A stretch of 64,000 nt of DNA from Antedon mediterranea (lineage: Eukaryota > Animalia > Echinodermata). The notes beneath the pieces were generated by a model. The model was given only the letters and a program-made list of their open reading frames with translations, made no database searches and had not been told where the DNA came from. Shown here piece after piece: positions 53,691 to 64,000 of this stretch; positions within the stretch are counted from its first letter, which is position 1; each line of letters starts with the position of its first letter. A program made the translations under genes and the position numbers. Location of the stretch: positions 15,066,001-15,130,000 of the forward strand of contig NC_092672.1 of assembly GCF_964355755.1 (NCBI RefSeq), given 5' to 3'.

Positions 53691-55184
53691 AATAGATATT
53701 GTTATGTTTAGATTTTTAATTTAATAATGTATCCAAAACCTACCTTTCAATCCTCATCTCTATGACTCCTTACATGCTGCTTAATTTAATCATTCATATT
53801 CTCTATGATTTAATTGATCCTCTCTATTCTCTGGTTTCCAGATTCAAAGCAGCAGCAATTATTATTATTATAATAGTATTTAATAATTATAAATTACTAT
53901 TCTAATAAGTTTCAACTTATTTGGTTTTACTTTTATTTCCCTAGAAGGCCTGTGTAGTTAACATTTTTTTTAGGTCGCCCGCCGATACGTATAAATTTAT
54001 TATTAAAATCCATAATATCTTTACATTAATATATTTAATTTCCTCAGCAAATTGATATAAATAAATAAAGAGCTGTATAAAGCATTGAATTTTCCTTCTT
54101 AACACTATAAGTGCACTGGCTTCTAGATGTACGTTTACGCTTGTCTGTGGCTCAAATACATGGTGTCCGAACTCCCCTTGTCAGATCCTGGCTAAGGCCC
54201 TGTCCATGTTTAAAATTTGTTTTTATTTGCCCAGTATCATTGGACATTTTTGTAATACAGCATGTCATATGTTCGCATGTGGTGCCTGTATCATGTAAGG
54301 TTAGGTTATGGTTATGATACTAGGAGATAGATGTGAAACACATACTAATACTGTATTACAAAATATTCCTATAATACTGGAGAAATCTAGTACTGAAAAT
54401 CGGGTGGTTTTTATCTGTAGGTTATTAACTAATGTATTTCTCTGAATCTTCTTTGCATTATTTCTGTTTATCTTTATTTCTTTCTTTGACAGTTCCCAGT
54501 GATCGCCTTTAGCATCATTATAAATGTTTGAAATACACGGAATATTATAAATGTTATCTCTAATAATTATTTTAGAAAAGCATGATAACAGTTTTAAGTG
54601 TAACACCTATAGCTTGAAGCCTGTTTCTGCTTTCGAAAATGACCGGTTAAATAGTATGAATAAATTACCATTTTCTTGGCTGCAGAAACAGGACAAATTT
54701 AAATTAACAAGTTATATGGCATTCTCAAAATAATAATTAAACAAACCCAATAAATCGCATGATGGCACCCCATATAACAATTTATGTTTTAACTGCAGTG
54801 GTTATAATTACATCTTGACATTTTGATTAGACCAACACATTTAAACTGGTTTTTTTTTTATTATTAGGCCTATTTTGGGAGAAAAAACCTCAAATGTGGT
54901 CCATGTAAAAATTTAGATTATTTGTACTGGTTTATGACACATACGATGATCAAACATCACATGACTGACCTTCTCAATTTTAAAATCATTTAAAAAATTA
55001 TTTAGGCTTATATATTTTGTAGTCATTTAACATTTAAATGTTAAACCTGCATTAAATACTATCAATAATAATGATAGTGATAGTGATAGTAACAAGTGTT
55101 TAGCGATATTGTAATTTTAAAGTTAATTTGTTAATTTTTAAATGGTGAAGATGAGGATATCTGTGAGAATGAGAAAAAGCAGTC

Positions 55185-55250
55185 CAAACTGAGATTTGAA
55201 CCTGGAATCTTTTGCTTGGTATGTAAACATTCTATCATTAGACCACTAGT
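55185..55250 (-). mobile_element. tRNA-derived SINE head (degenerate)
   Basis: Minus strand TAGTGGTCTAATGATAGAA...CCAGGTTCAAATCT. Confidence 0.45.
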
Positions 55251-55482
55251 TATTCCATGTTCAGATTATGTAAATTAAAAAATAAATTTATACATCCAAT
55301 TTGATATTTATATTGAAAATTAAACTATACATACATTAGAAGTTCAATGCAATTTTATCAACTATATTTTGTTTTAAACTATTTTCTTTACCTATTTAAT
55401 TCTTTTTTTTTTAAATTATAATGTTGACATGGTAGGCCCTACTTGATAAATATTGTAATATTTGATATTATGTACATCTTAC

Positions 55483-55566
55483 CTGGATTAGATAGTTCAG
55501 CCTGTATCTGCTGCTAGTAGCTTGTCAACATTTGCAGCAACCTCATTATGCATGCTGATCAGTCAG
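55483..55566 (-). other. Candidate non-coding (5'-UTR) exon of the Ig gene
   Basis: Acceptor TTTGTTATAG|CTG and strong donor CAG|GTAAGA; 84 bp with stops in all three frames. Confidence 0.5.
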
Positions 55567-55780
55567 CTATAACAAAGGATTATATACATCGCCTAATTCC
55601 AGATTTTCCACTTTTTTACACGCAAGCCAGGATATTAAGAGGTATCTCCTTGTTGTTTGCAGTATAATCTTCCCTCTTTTACAATACTCTTGTTTTAAAA
55701 TTTCTCATATTCTTGTTCTTTTCTCTCAAACCATCAATACTCTTCGTTTTTTTATAATCTTAATCAGCAATGGTAGGTCT

Positions 55781-55797
55781 GCCAGTAGGTGGCGCCA
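55781..55797 (+). promoter_or_regulatory. CTCF-consensus-like motif
   Basis: GCCAGTAGGTGGCGCCA matches CCASYAGRKGGCRS in an otherwise AT-rich context. Confidence 0.4.
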
Positions 55798-56099
55798 TTT
55801 AGAAATATTCTTCACACAGAAGAATTGTTATGATTTTTCTTTCATAGTTATCAATATTTATTATTACTAATATTGTTACTGTTATTATTATTATTATTAT
55901 TATTATTAAAACACAACATTAATATGGTAACATCTTTTAAAACAACATAATCATGAACCAGTACATATTGGTCGTCTATGTAGACGTCTAAAGACATCCC
56001 TACATTTATTCTGTCTAAGTTAAAGTAACAAATTCTGCCTTTTATTTAAAAATAAATACTGTGGGCCTGTTGTGATCATTCTTTTCATCATTAAATAAA

Positions 56100-56320
56100 T
56101 AAAAGTGTGAAAAATAAGTCAATTCTAATCATTTAATTGGGCTGGTTTTTTTTCATAAGAAAACAATGCAAGAACCGTAACTTCTCAGAGAAAATACCTG
56201 GTCTTCCCAAACTTTTTATTAACAAGGCAAGGCCTAGCTACTGTAGCGTATGGTATTTGTACGTTACCGCTGTTTACCAGCTAGGCCTACAAAACTAAAC
56301 CTAGCACAGGATAGGTCTAA
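56100..56320 (+). mobile_element. Kolobok-like MITE, partial copy 4
   Basis: GTGAAAAATAAGTC...GTACGTTACCGCTGTTTACCAGCTAGGCCTACAAAACTAA. Confidence 0.7.
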
Positions 56321-56949
56321 GCATGTCCTCATTTTAAAATACCATTTCAATTGTAGTTTTAAAAATTATTCAGTTAAAACATAATTAAAAATGTAATTAG
56401 TAATGTAATTACATGGGATTGAAACAATCGATTAGTTTGATACGTTAAAACTTTTGTACAGCTGACAATTAACTTTCATAACTTTATTTCTGAAAATTTA
56501 CAATGTAAAACTTTAATGTAAATAATAAGAATTAAATCCTATATATATAAAGTGCTTACATTGTGAAACCTCTAAGCACTGTACATATTATTACCCGTAT
56601 GTATGGAAACATACTCCCACAATACAGCTAATAATCAGCACAAAGTTGTGTCTTGATCATACCAGGTACCCATGTGTACACCTTGGTGGAACCTTGGTGG
56701 AAAGAGGCAAACATAAATAAATTGTCTTGCCTAGATACAAGTAATGCGATGAGCGTTGTATTTGAATCCCACGTTCTCACGATCAGTAGTAGTAGTAGTA
56801 GTATACAAAGTAATTTATATACTATTTGTGTATTGTATTGTAAATGTTTAGAACTTACTGTATAAATTAAATGAATATCTATCATTGTATTGTTTTTGAA
56901 TATATTTCATTGTTTGTTTTGTTTTATTAATAAATTCAAGCCATATTAA

Positions 56950-57175
56950 AGACACTTTCCCTGCAATTTTTGATGATTTGTGAAAATAATGCAATAAACC
57001 AGGTCATTTCTTGTCTTAAATGTAGCTTTTATGGTTAATTATGATAAAAGAGAAAAATAATGTAGCTTGCGTCAAATGTCCTCTTGTGGATGGTCGAGGC
57101 CTAGCCTACTAGGCTTTATAGTTTTTATAGGCCTGCTGATAAACAGCGATAACGTACACAAATTGTACACTAGCT
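56950..57175 (-). mobile_element. Kolobok-like MITE, partial copy 5 (inverted)
   Basis: TTAA|AGACACTTTCCCTGCAATTTTTGATG is the reverse complement of the right end of copy 2. Confidence 0.75.
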
Positions 57176-59249
57176 CTGCTTAAAATTAAAATTAGGTCTG
57201 TTTAAAACATTTAATACAACATGTATAATAACTTTGATGATCTAAATTGTTAATATTCTAAAAATTATCTTGCCTCAGCCCCAACATTGGTCAAGACCGG
57301 CAGCTAGAGGTGCTCAAGTTGAAAAAATATATACATTTTTTGTATGATCGAAATAAAATGTAAGAAAATACAGAGGAGTATAAAGTAGAGGGGAGAATTG
57401 AGAACCTTCTTGTCTAGAGGGCCGAGTATATTTTCTTGCGCAGTAGTGTTTGTCTAAATTTGCCTTTTTTGCACCCTAAAGTAAATCAAATTATATTTCT
57501 AAAATTTAGGTAGTTTCTTTGACAGCCGAAAATGAATGAACCAAAATGAAAAATGATTTTTCCTTTAACAAACGGAACCAATCCAAGTAATCGGGATGCC
57601 GAGTCCTCATTCTAACATGAAGGGTATTCATTTCTGTTTATTTCTTGAAACAATTAAATTTTTTTTTTGGAACAGTAGGCACACCTATACCATTTTTAAA
57701 GTAGTGTAATATTTGGGCACCTAGATCTCCATATTCCTAAAATCATTTCATAACATTGCACACTCCCAAAAAACGTTCTATGAGAGTGCCATTTCCGGCC
57801 ATCTATATGTCCATATTTCTAAAATTTTTCTTAACTCAGCGCCAACTATGGTGGGTCTGAGGTGGATGTAGGCTTCACTTTTATCCAGACCAAAAGGTTT
57901 TTAAAGAGTGTGACTTCCGAGCACCGGGCACCATATTCCTACTGTTACCTGGAGAGGTAAAAATAACATTGCACATTTCCAAAAAAACTGTTTTGTGAAA
58001 GTGCAATTTTGCTCATCTCAATCCCAACCATGGTGGGGAGACTAGTTTGGTTGGTGGCAAAATTCATAATCACCGTAACCCCCATTCCCTGATAGACATG
58101 CCTTACTATATTTACGATTATCTTTTTAACGTTATTACAATGGTAATTGGTTGGTTGGTAACCCTACTGAAAAAGAAAGAAATTTGAACCCCTCCATAAA
58201 AATCCTGGCTATGGGCCTGTTGTATTTCACATTCGTATTGAATGACAACAAATAAATAGTCAAAAAAAAGAAACATTTGCAAATCTATAGCAGAGGCAAT
58301 TATAAATGTGATATAAATTATAATTAACAGAAAAAAATATAACCAGAAGTGGATATTAAAGTTCAATGTTAATTCATAGATGCACTACTAATAGTATTCT
58401 GATGCTTTCACATTCAGGTAAAACAAATCTTATAGGATTGTTCTATTTTATCTCGAGGTAAATTTATCTTTGCTTTTTATGAAGGAAGTGAGCTTATTGC
58501 ACACAAAATTATCCTTAATCATGTCTGTTCCATTATTGTATAGGGTATGCATATTTTGTTTGAAAAGTGATAGTTGTCTAATTCTATCAAAATAAAAGGC
58601 TGTTTTAATTAAGAGAGAATCATTTATGAATATAATTAATTTTTAAAAAAAACATTAACAGTTTTATTTAAATTCTGAACATTTGTAATGTACAAATTCT
58701 AATTTTTTTTTTCTTGCTTTCAAAAACAATAATAGTAACCTGATAGTAATACTTAAAAAAAAAAAAAAATACAAATAGGATTTATAGGAGATGTTTTTGT
58801 TTATTTAGACTAATCATTATTATAATTACAATTATTATTATAATAATAATAATAATTATAATAATAATTATATTTATTTTATTTTATTTTGTTATTTTAT
58901 TTCACATACATCCAACAGCGATATCGCCAATTACAGGATGCCTTAAAGACTCAAATACAAAAGATTAAAATATATATAACAACTTACTCATCAAAATGTA
59001 CAAAGTTAACGATCAGAAAATCAAAACAAGAACAATAAAAACAGTATATAGCACAAACTACCTTAATTATAGAACATGATTGTAATAACTGATTTTTAAA
59101 AAAACAACATAAACATAACATAACATAACATTGACAAAAAGTGATAAGATTTAGTTAAAAGAAACTAATCAAAGCTTAACACCAAGTTGCATAAGAAATA
59201 GTATAATAACTATAAATAAATAGCAAATAATACAAATGCTATAAACTGA

Positions 59250-59695
59250 ACCTTTTAATACACCGTAAATAACGAAACAGTACTTTAAATATATTTATTT
59301 AAAAAATTTCTTTTAACAATTTCAACAATTTTTTTTTCTAAACAGGATATCTCTTCTTAAAGGAGAGAGTTCGTTCCATAATTTGGCCCATAAAATGAAA
59401 TTCTATCTTGACTTAAATTAGTACGAGGTTTGGGTAAGGCAAAATGAACAGTTTTATTATTCTGGTATTAAACGAATGACCAATAGTTTGAAAGTAATCA
59501 GTAATAGAATGTGGTGTTCGGTTGTGATAAATATCATGTAATATATGTAATTTATAAATATCAAGAATTTTAAGTTTATAAAACAATGGCGGTGTATGAT
59601 CTCTGAAATGAGAAAAAGAAATACATCTGACAATCATTTTTTGAGAAAGAAAAATATGTTTTAAATATGACACACATGATCCTCCCCAACCTCAA
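59250..59695 (-). mobile_element. CR1/L2-group LINE 3' fragment
   Basis: LKHIFLSQKMIVRCISFSHFRDHTPPLFYKLKILDIYKL is a typical post-RT segment. Confidence 0.75.
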
Positions 59696-59761
59696 TTATG
59701 ATTATAATAATTATAATAATTATTATAATTATTATATATACAACAAGTTCAACGCTATATA

Positions 59762-59944
59762 AATGCCAATTTACACAGACAAGTGGTAACGTTAATACAA
59801 ATAGAATCTGTTATTCTTATGACCATACAAACAACGCGGAGTGAACAGGCAGTTTACGCTCAGGAAAAGATACAGATTCTACATAGGACAAGCTACGCGG
59901 TTTTTTTCGCTTACTGTTACTGCTCGTCTGTATAAATTGGCCTT
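59762..59944. mobile_element. Small Harbinger-like MITE
   Basis: GCCAATTTACACAGACAAG ... CTCGTCTGTATAAATTGGC inverted termini in TAA/TTA context. Confidence 0.55.
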
Positions 59945-61530
59945 TATAGAACAGGTGTGTGTGTGTGTGTGCTACAATTCCGTATGGCATTGTGTGGTGT
60001 TTAGTAGAACTGCTTAAAATGTAGGCCCTATTACTTTTACATTATCTGAGAAAAAAGTTGGAAGGTTCTAAGATCTACATATTTCTTATAATCCATTTTA
60101 TTTATTTCTTTACATTCTTTCCTGTTCCTCTTCAGATATCACTTTGTATTTTTTGGGCGTACACAATTAGAAATAATAGAACTCTACAGTGCGCAAACAG
60201 AAATGGTCAAATCTAATAAGGAAGAGAAATACAAATGGACATACAAATATCCGATGGATACTCCGGTCAAACTAGCTTTAACAGGAATTTTTACGGAAAG
60301 TTTAAAGACCAGTTGGCATACTAAAAACTACCTGGATAGCAAACATGAAATGGTAAATACATCAATCAAAATGTTAATGAAGATGACCATTGGGCAACCG
60401 AAAGAAAATCATGGAAACGATTAGCGAACGTATTGTCTACCCAAAACGAAATAGCGTACCAGATGATGTTGAAAATTAAGATGTTTTAAAATGATGTAAA
60501 CAAATTTTTATTTCATTTCTAAAAACCTGTGTATGTCATTTGTAACTACTAGGTATTTATGGGTCAGTTATAAGGCCTATAGTCGTAAAAAGCTAATTAT
60601 GCTCTCTGCCCTGTATTTTACTTGCACAGCATTTTATCATTGTTGGATAATTGTTGTTACCATAATTGTTGGTAAAAGGAATGCTGGCGCCAATGAATTG
60701 AACGATTTTCGCAACCAAAATATTTCTTTGTAAAAAAAAAATAATTTTATGTGGAATGCTACAAAAATACTCATCCGCTTCATCACTGCCTGGATACTTA
60801 ATAATCAGACTAGAATGTATCTTTATTATGTTAATAGTACAAACAAAAAGATTCAATCAAAGAACGCTCTACTAAACATGAGAAATAGTTATGTGATGTC
60901 TGACGACGTAGTACAAAACAACGACAATCAGCTAAATTTATTCTTGATTTTATTTACAACATCTCTGGCTTGTTACATTATCATGACACATTATTGGACT
61001 CCCCCCTACTCGCAATGAACAGATGTACAGATCTCTCTATTTAGGCTTGTTTATGTACTTCGTCATTCACAAATTACCCATGCATAACAGAGTGTTACTA
61101 GCGCCATCACAGATTACCTTTAATTGATCAAGCATTCACACATGAACTTTGCATCAAAAACTGCACTGCACTGCGCGTGCAAAAATCTGCACGCGGCAGC
61201 ACGCGGCAATGGCAATTTTTTAAACGCTTAAAATTGCCTGAAACGTAATAAATTTTGAAAATTCTAAGCGCACGTACGCATGCGTTACATGCGCTACGCA
61301 CGTAATTGTATTGCCATATGATGATTTTATTTATGAAATTTATAAGTACCAAATTTTATTTTATTTTAATTCATGGTTGTGAAGATATGATTACAAACGT
61401 GATTTCATTAAATCGTGCGTAGACTGCGTATTTTTTTATTGCACACCGTGAAAACATAACCACATCGATTCCTGGCCATAAGGAATATACTGTGAAAAAT
61501 TGACTGATATCAATATAAGGTCATATAACG

Positions 61531-61860
61531 TAATTACGATCTTGTAAAACTTACTGAACTTCAAAACATAGGGAGAGAGATTGATCTTAAATGAATGACT
61601 GTTTAATTGACTGGTGCAGCTACTGTAGGTAAACTGTAGGCTATGTTCCTAGATTTATATACGGCATCTTCATGTCACACAAGAATAAAATAAGCCACCC
61701 CTTTATTTTTCAAGAATACGTTTTAATAATTTGATCAATTCTCGTTTAATGTAAAATAACTGCCGACGATACGCATATTAAAAAAATCAAAAGCTTTCAT
61801 ATAAGATCAATCACTCTCCCTATGTTTTAAAGTTCAGTAAGTTTTACAAGATCGTAATTA
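61531..61860. repeat. Inverted repeat with arms of about 65 bp (MITE-like)
   Basis: TAATTACGATCTTGTAAAACTTACTGAACTT...GATTGATCTTA pairs with TAAGATCAATC...AAGTTCAGTAAGTTTTACAAGATCGTAATTA. Confidence 0.8.
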
Positions 61861-61914
61861 TAACCTAAGGTGTAGGTGTCATGGGGTGTCATGATATAGG
61901 TGTGGTTGTTCAGA

Positions 61915-62435
61915 GGGTGTTGTTGTCCTAGGGGCATAGCAGTTGGACTAGAGGGTAGTTGTCCTAGGAGGGTAGTTGTCCTAGAGGGTAGTTGTCCTAG
62001 AGCGTAGTTGTCCTAGGGGGTAGTTGTCCTAGGGGGTAGTTGTCCTAGGGGGTAGTTGTCCTAGGGGATAGTTGTCCTAGGGGATAGTTGTCCTAGGGGA
62101 TAGTTGTCCTAGGGGATAGTTGTCCTAAGGGATAGTTGTCCTAGAGCGTAGTTGTCCTAGGGGGTAGTTGTCCTAGGGGGTAGTTGTCCTAGGGGATAGT
62201 TGTCCTAGGGGATAGTTGTCCTAGGGGATAGTTGTCCTAGGGGATAGTTGTCCTAAGGGATAGTTGTCCTAGGGGATAGTTGTCCTAGGGGATAGTTGTC
62301 CTAGGGGATAGTTGTCCTAGGGGGTAGTTGTCCTAGGGGGTAGTTGTCCGGGTGGGAGTTGTCCTAAGGGGGTAGTTGTCCTAGAGGGTAGTTGTCCCAG
62401 GGGGTAATTGTCCAGGGGGTAGTTGTCCGGATACG
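61915..62435 (-). repeat. Homogeneous 16-17-bp array (GGGGRTAGTTGTCCTA)n, about 30 copies; reverse complement of the GGACAACTACCC family
   Basis: Read directly from the sequence; ends at ...GTTGTCCGGATACG. Confidence 0.92.
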
Positions 62436-62935
62436 CAGGAAAACAATCGTAATGTTCTACCAACATATATATATATATATATATCTCGAAGAATGAGCAA
62501 TCCATGGTTTTTACTGAAACAATAATGTTTCTCTAAGATCATGGCTCTGGTTTCTTTTGGGGTAGGGCCCTGGAATGTAAATAACTTTTTGTGGCGGTCA
62601 TATTATAAATCTATGAACGGTACCCTCCAGTAGAGTTTTTATGATAAAATGTTACTAACTACTTGCTGAAATGTTATTTTTATATTTAATTGTTCGTTTT
62701 ATGCTATTTTTAAATATATATAAATTTATAGACGCGAACTACAGCAACATGTAATTATTTAATTTTTGTAAAATGATTGACATCCCTTTGTGACTATTTA
62801 TGTTATATTGATGAGTCGTGCATCAAAGAATTATTATTTAATATAGCAACTACATAATTAACTAAAGGCTCTATTATTTGTTACTTCTTGATTTCTTTAC
62901 CAATGTGTTTTTGTGGTTGTTTTGTTGCCACTTGT

Positions 62936-63622
62936 CCCGGGGGGGTCACTCTTAAATATTTCCATACGGGGAGGTGCCGCATTTACGGGTATATTTTCGA
63001 GGGCCTGGTAGCACAAGTGTGGGAAATTATGGAGAGTTGGTAGCACAAGTGTGGGAAATGACAGGGTGAAATTAGTAGTTTAAGTGCCTGGCCCGCCCAC
63101 CCGTGTCAAAATGTCACGATTTATCGCCAAATTTTGCAGGTATTTTAGCATAATGGATGCTATAAGCCCGGCTATAAGCCCATCGCTAAACACCTTTGAA
63201 TAGGCCTAGAGTTTTCGCATCAGCAGAAGAACACGAAACATAGCCTACGACAAAATCATTCAACTGTGACCACTCTTGACTCTTGATCATCGTCGTCATG
63301 CACCGCGGACGAGCGAAAACACGTTCATGATTTTGCCATGAACGGTCTCTTTGGCCATGCGCAGATCATGCCGGGAACCAGTACAAATATTGCGCCCTCT
63401 CTGGCGTGGCCTTGTTTCTGCCGTCTTTTTAGAGAACACTGGATTTTTATTTGGTAAATGGTAGTTCAAGTCCGTAGTATTTTTCAGTAAAACAGGTAGC
63501 ACAAGTGCCTCATGTCTTGAAGTGGCTGCTGCACCCCCCCCCCCCCCCGTTTGGTTTATATACAAGTGACCCCCCCCCCCCCCACCCCCCCCCCCCCCCA
63601 CCCCCCCCCCCCCCCCCCCGGG
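62936..63622. mobile_element. Non-autonomous DNA transposon with CCCGGGG...GTCACT termini and 8-bp TSD (superfamily unassigned)
   Basis: CCACTTGT|CCCGGGGGGGTCACT ... AGTGAC(C)n CCCGGG|CCACTTGT. Confidence 0.85.
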
Positions 63623-64000
63623 CCACTTGTCTTGTTTTCGGATTCCTAAATATGTTTTTAAAAAAAACAACAATGTTTTAACACAATTATATACCATATT
63701 GTCACAATTAGTATTAAATGGACAGGACAATTTTGAAGACTTAATGACCAGTCATTAATGAGATATTGAGAAATCCAAATTTATTGTCAAAGGTCAAAAC
63801 AGGCATTTCCAGTCATTTTTTGTTTAACTTTTCCATTCAATTGAATATTTATATCTACCTTTGGACTTTTTTTTTTAATACTCCTGGATTGTATGTATAT
63901 CCATTCCAAAAACAGTAAATAATTAAGCTGAAGGAAAGAATGGTTATTGATTTTAGATGATAAACATGTTGTCTTCACCATTATGCAGAATTATAAAATG

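Noticed and set aside
54290-54800. Additional coding exon of the Ig gene
   Set aside because: Frames are interrupted by stops and look more like a heavily decayed retroelement fragment; no convincing splice sites.
9333-62435. A giant 53-kb transposon bounded by inverted GGACAACTACCC arrays and carrying the Ig gene
   Set aside because: The outer termini do not match (CGTATCCGGACAAC at the right versus unrelated starts at 9333 and 12135), no TSD is visible, and the arrays differ in homogeneity. They are more likely independent insertions.
63296-63730. 144-aa glycine-rich ORF
   Set aside because: The poly-Gly stretch comes from the C homopolymer of a transposon terminus, and the ORF crosses the element boundary.

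Overview
This is AT-rich, intron- and transposon-rich metazoan DNA, not prokaryotic. An invertebrate deuterostome such as an echinoderm is my guess from style only. One convincing host gene is present: a minus-strand immunoglobulin-superfamily type I membrane receptor whose 475-aa CDS lies in a single exon (49946-51373), with probable 5'-UTR exons upstream. The rest is a mosaic of decayed and non-autonomous mobile elements. These include a Ty3/Gypsy remnant carrying nested insertions (pogo-like MITE, RTE LINE, Harbinger MITE), Helitrons, a MULE transposase relic, PIF/Harbinger elements, AcademH-like and Kolobok-like MITEs, foldback elements, and LINE, Penelope and SINE fragments. The most unusual observations are tiny CAT...ATG palindromes with 7-bp target duplications that resemble P-element excision scars, a MITE whose terminal motif has expanded into a 1.35-kb minisatellite, a Helitron with four tandem 3' ends, and strong enrichment of TAGGCCTA and TACAGTA/TACTGTA words. 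I found no CRISPR array, rRNA or intact tRNA gene, and I cannot support a claim of a wholly new system. Coordinates were counted by eye and family assignments were made without database searches.
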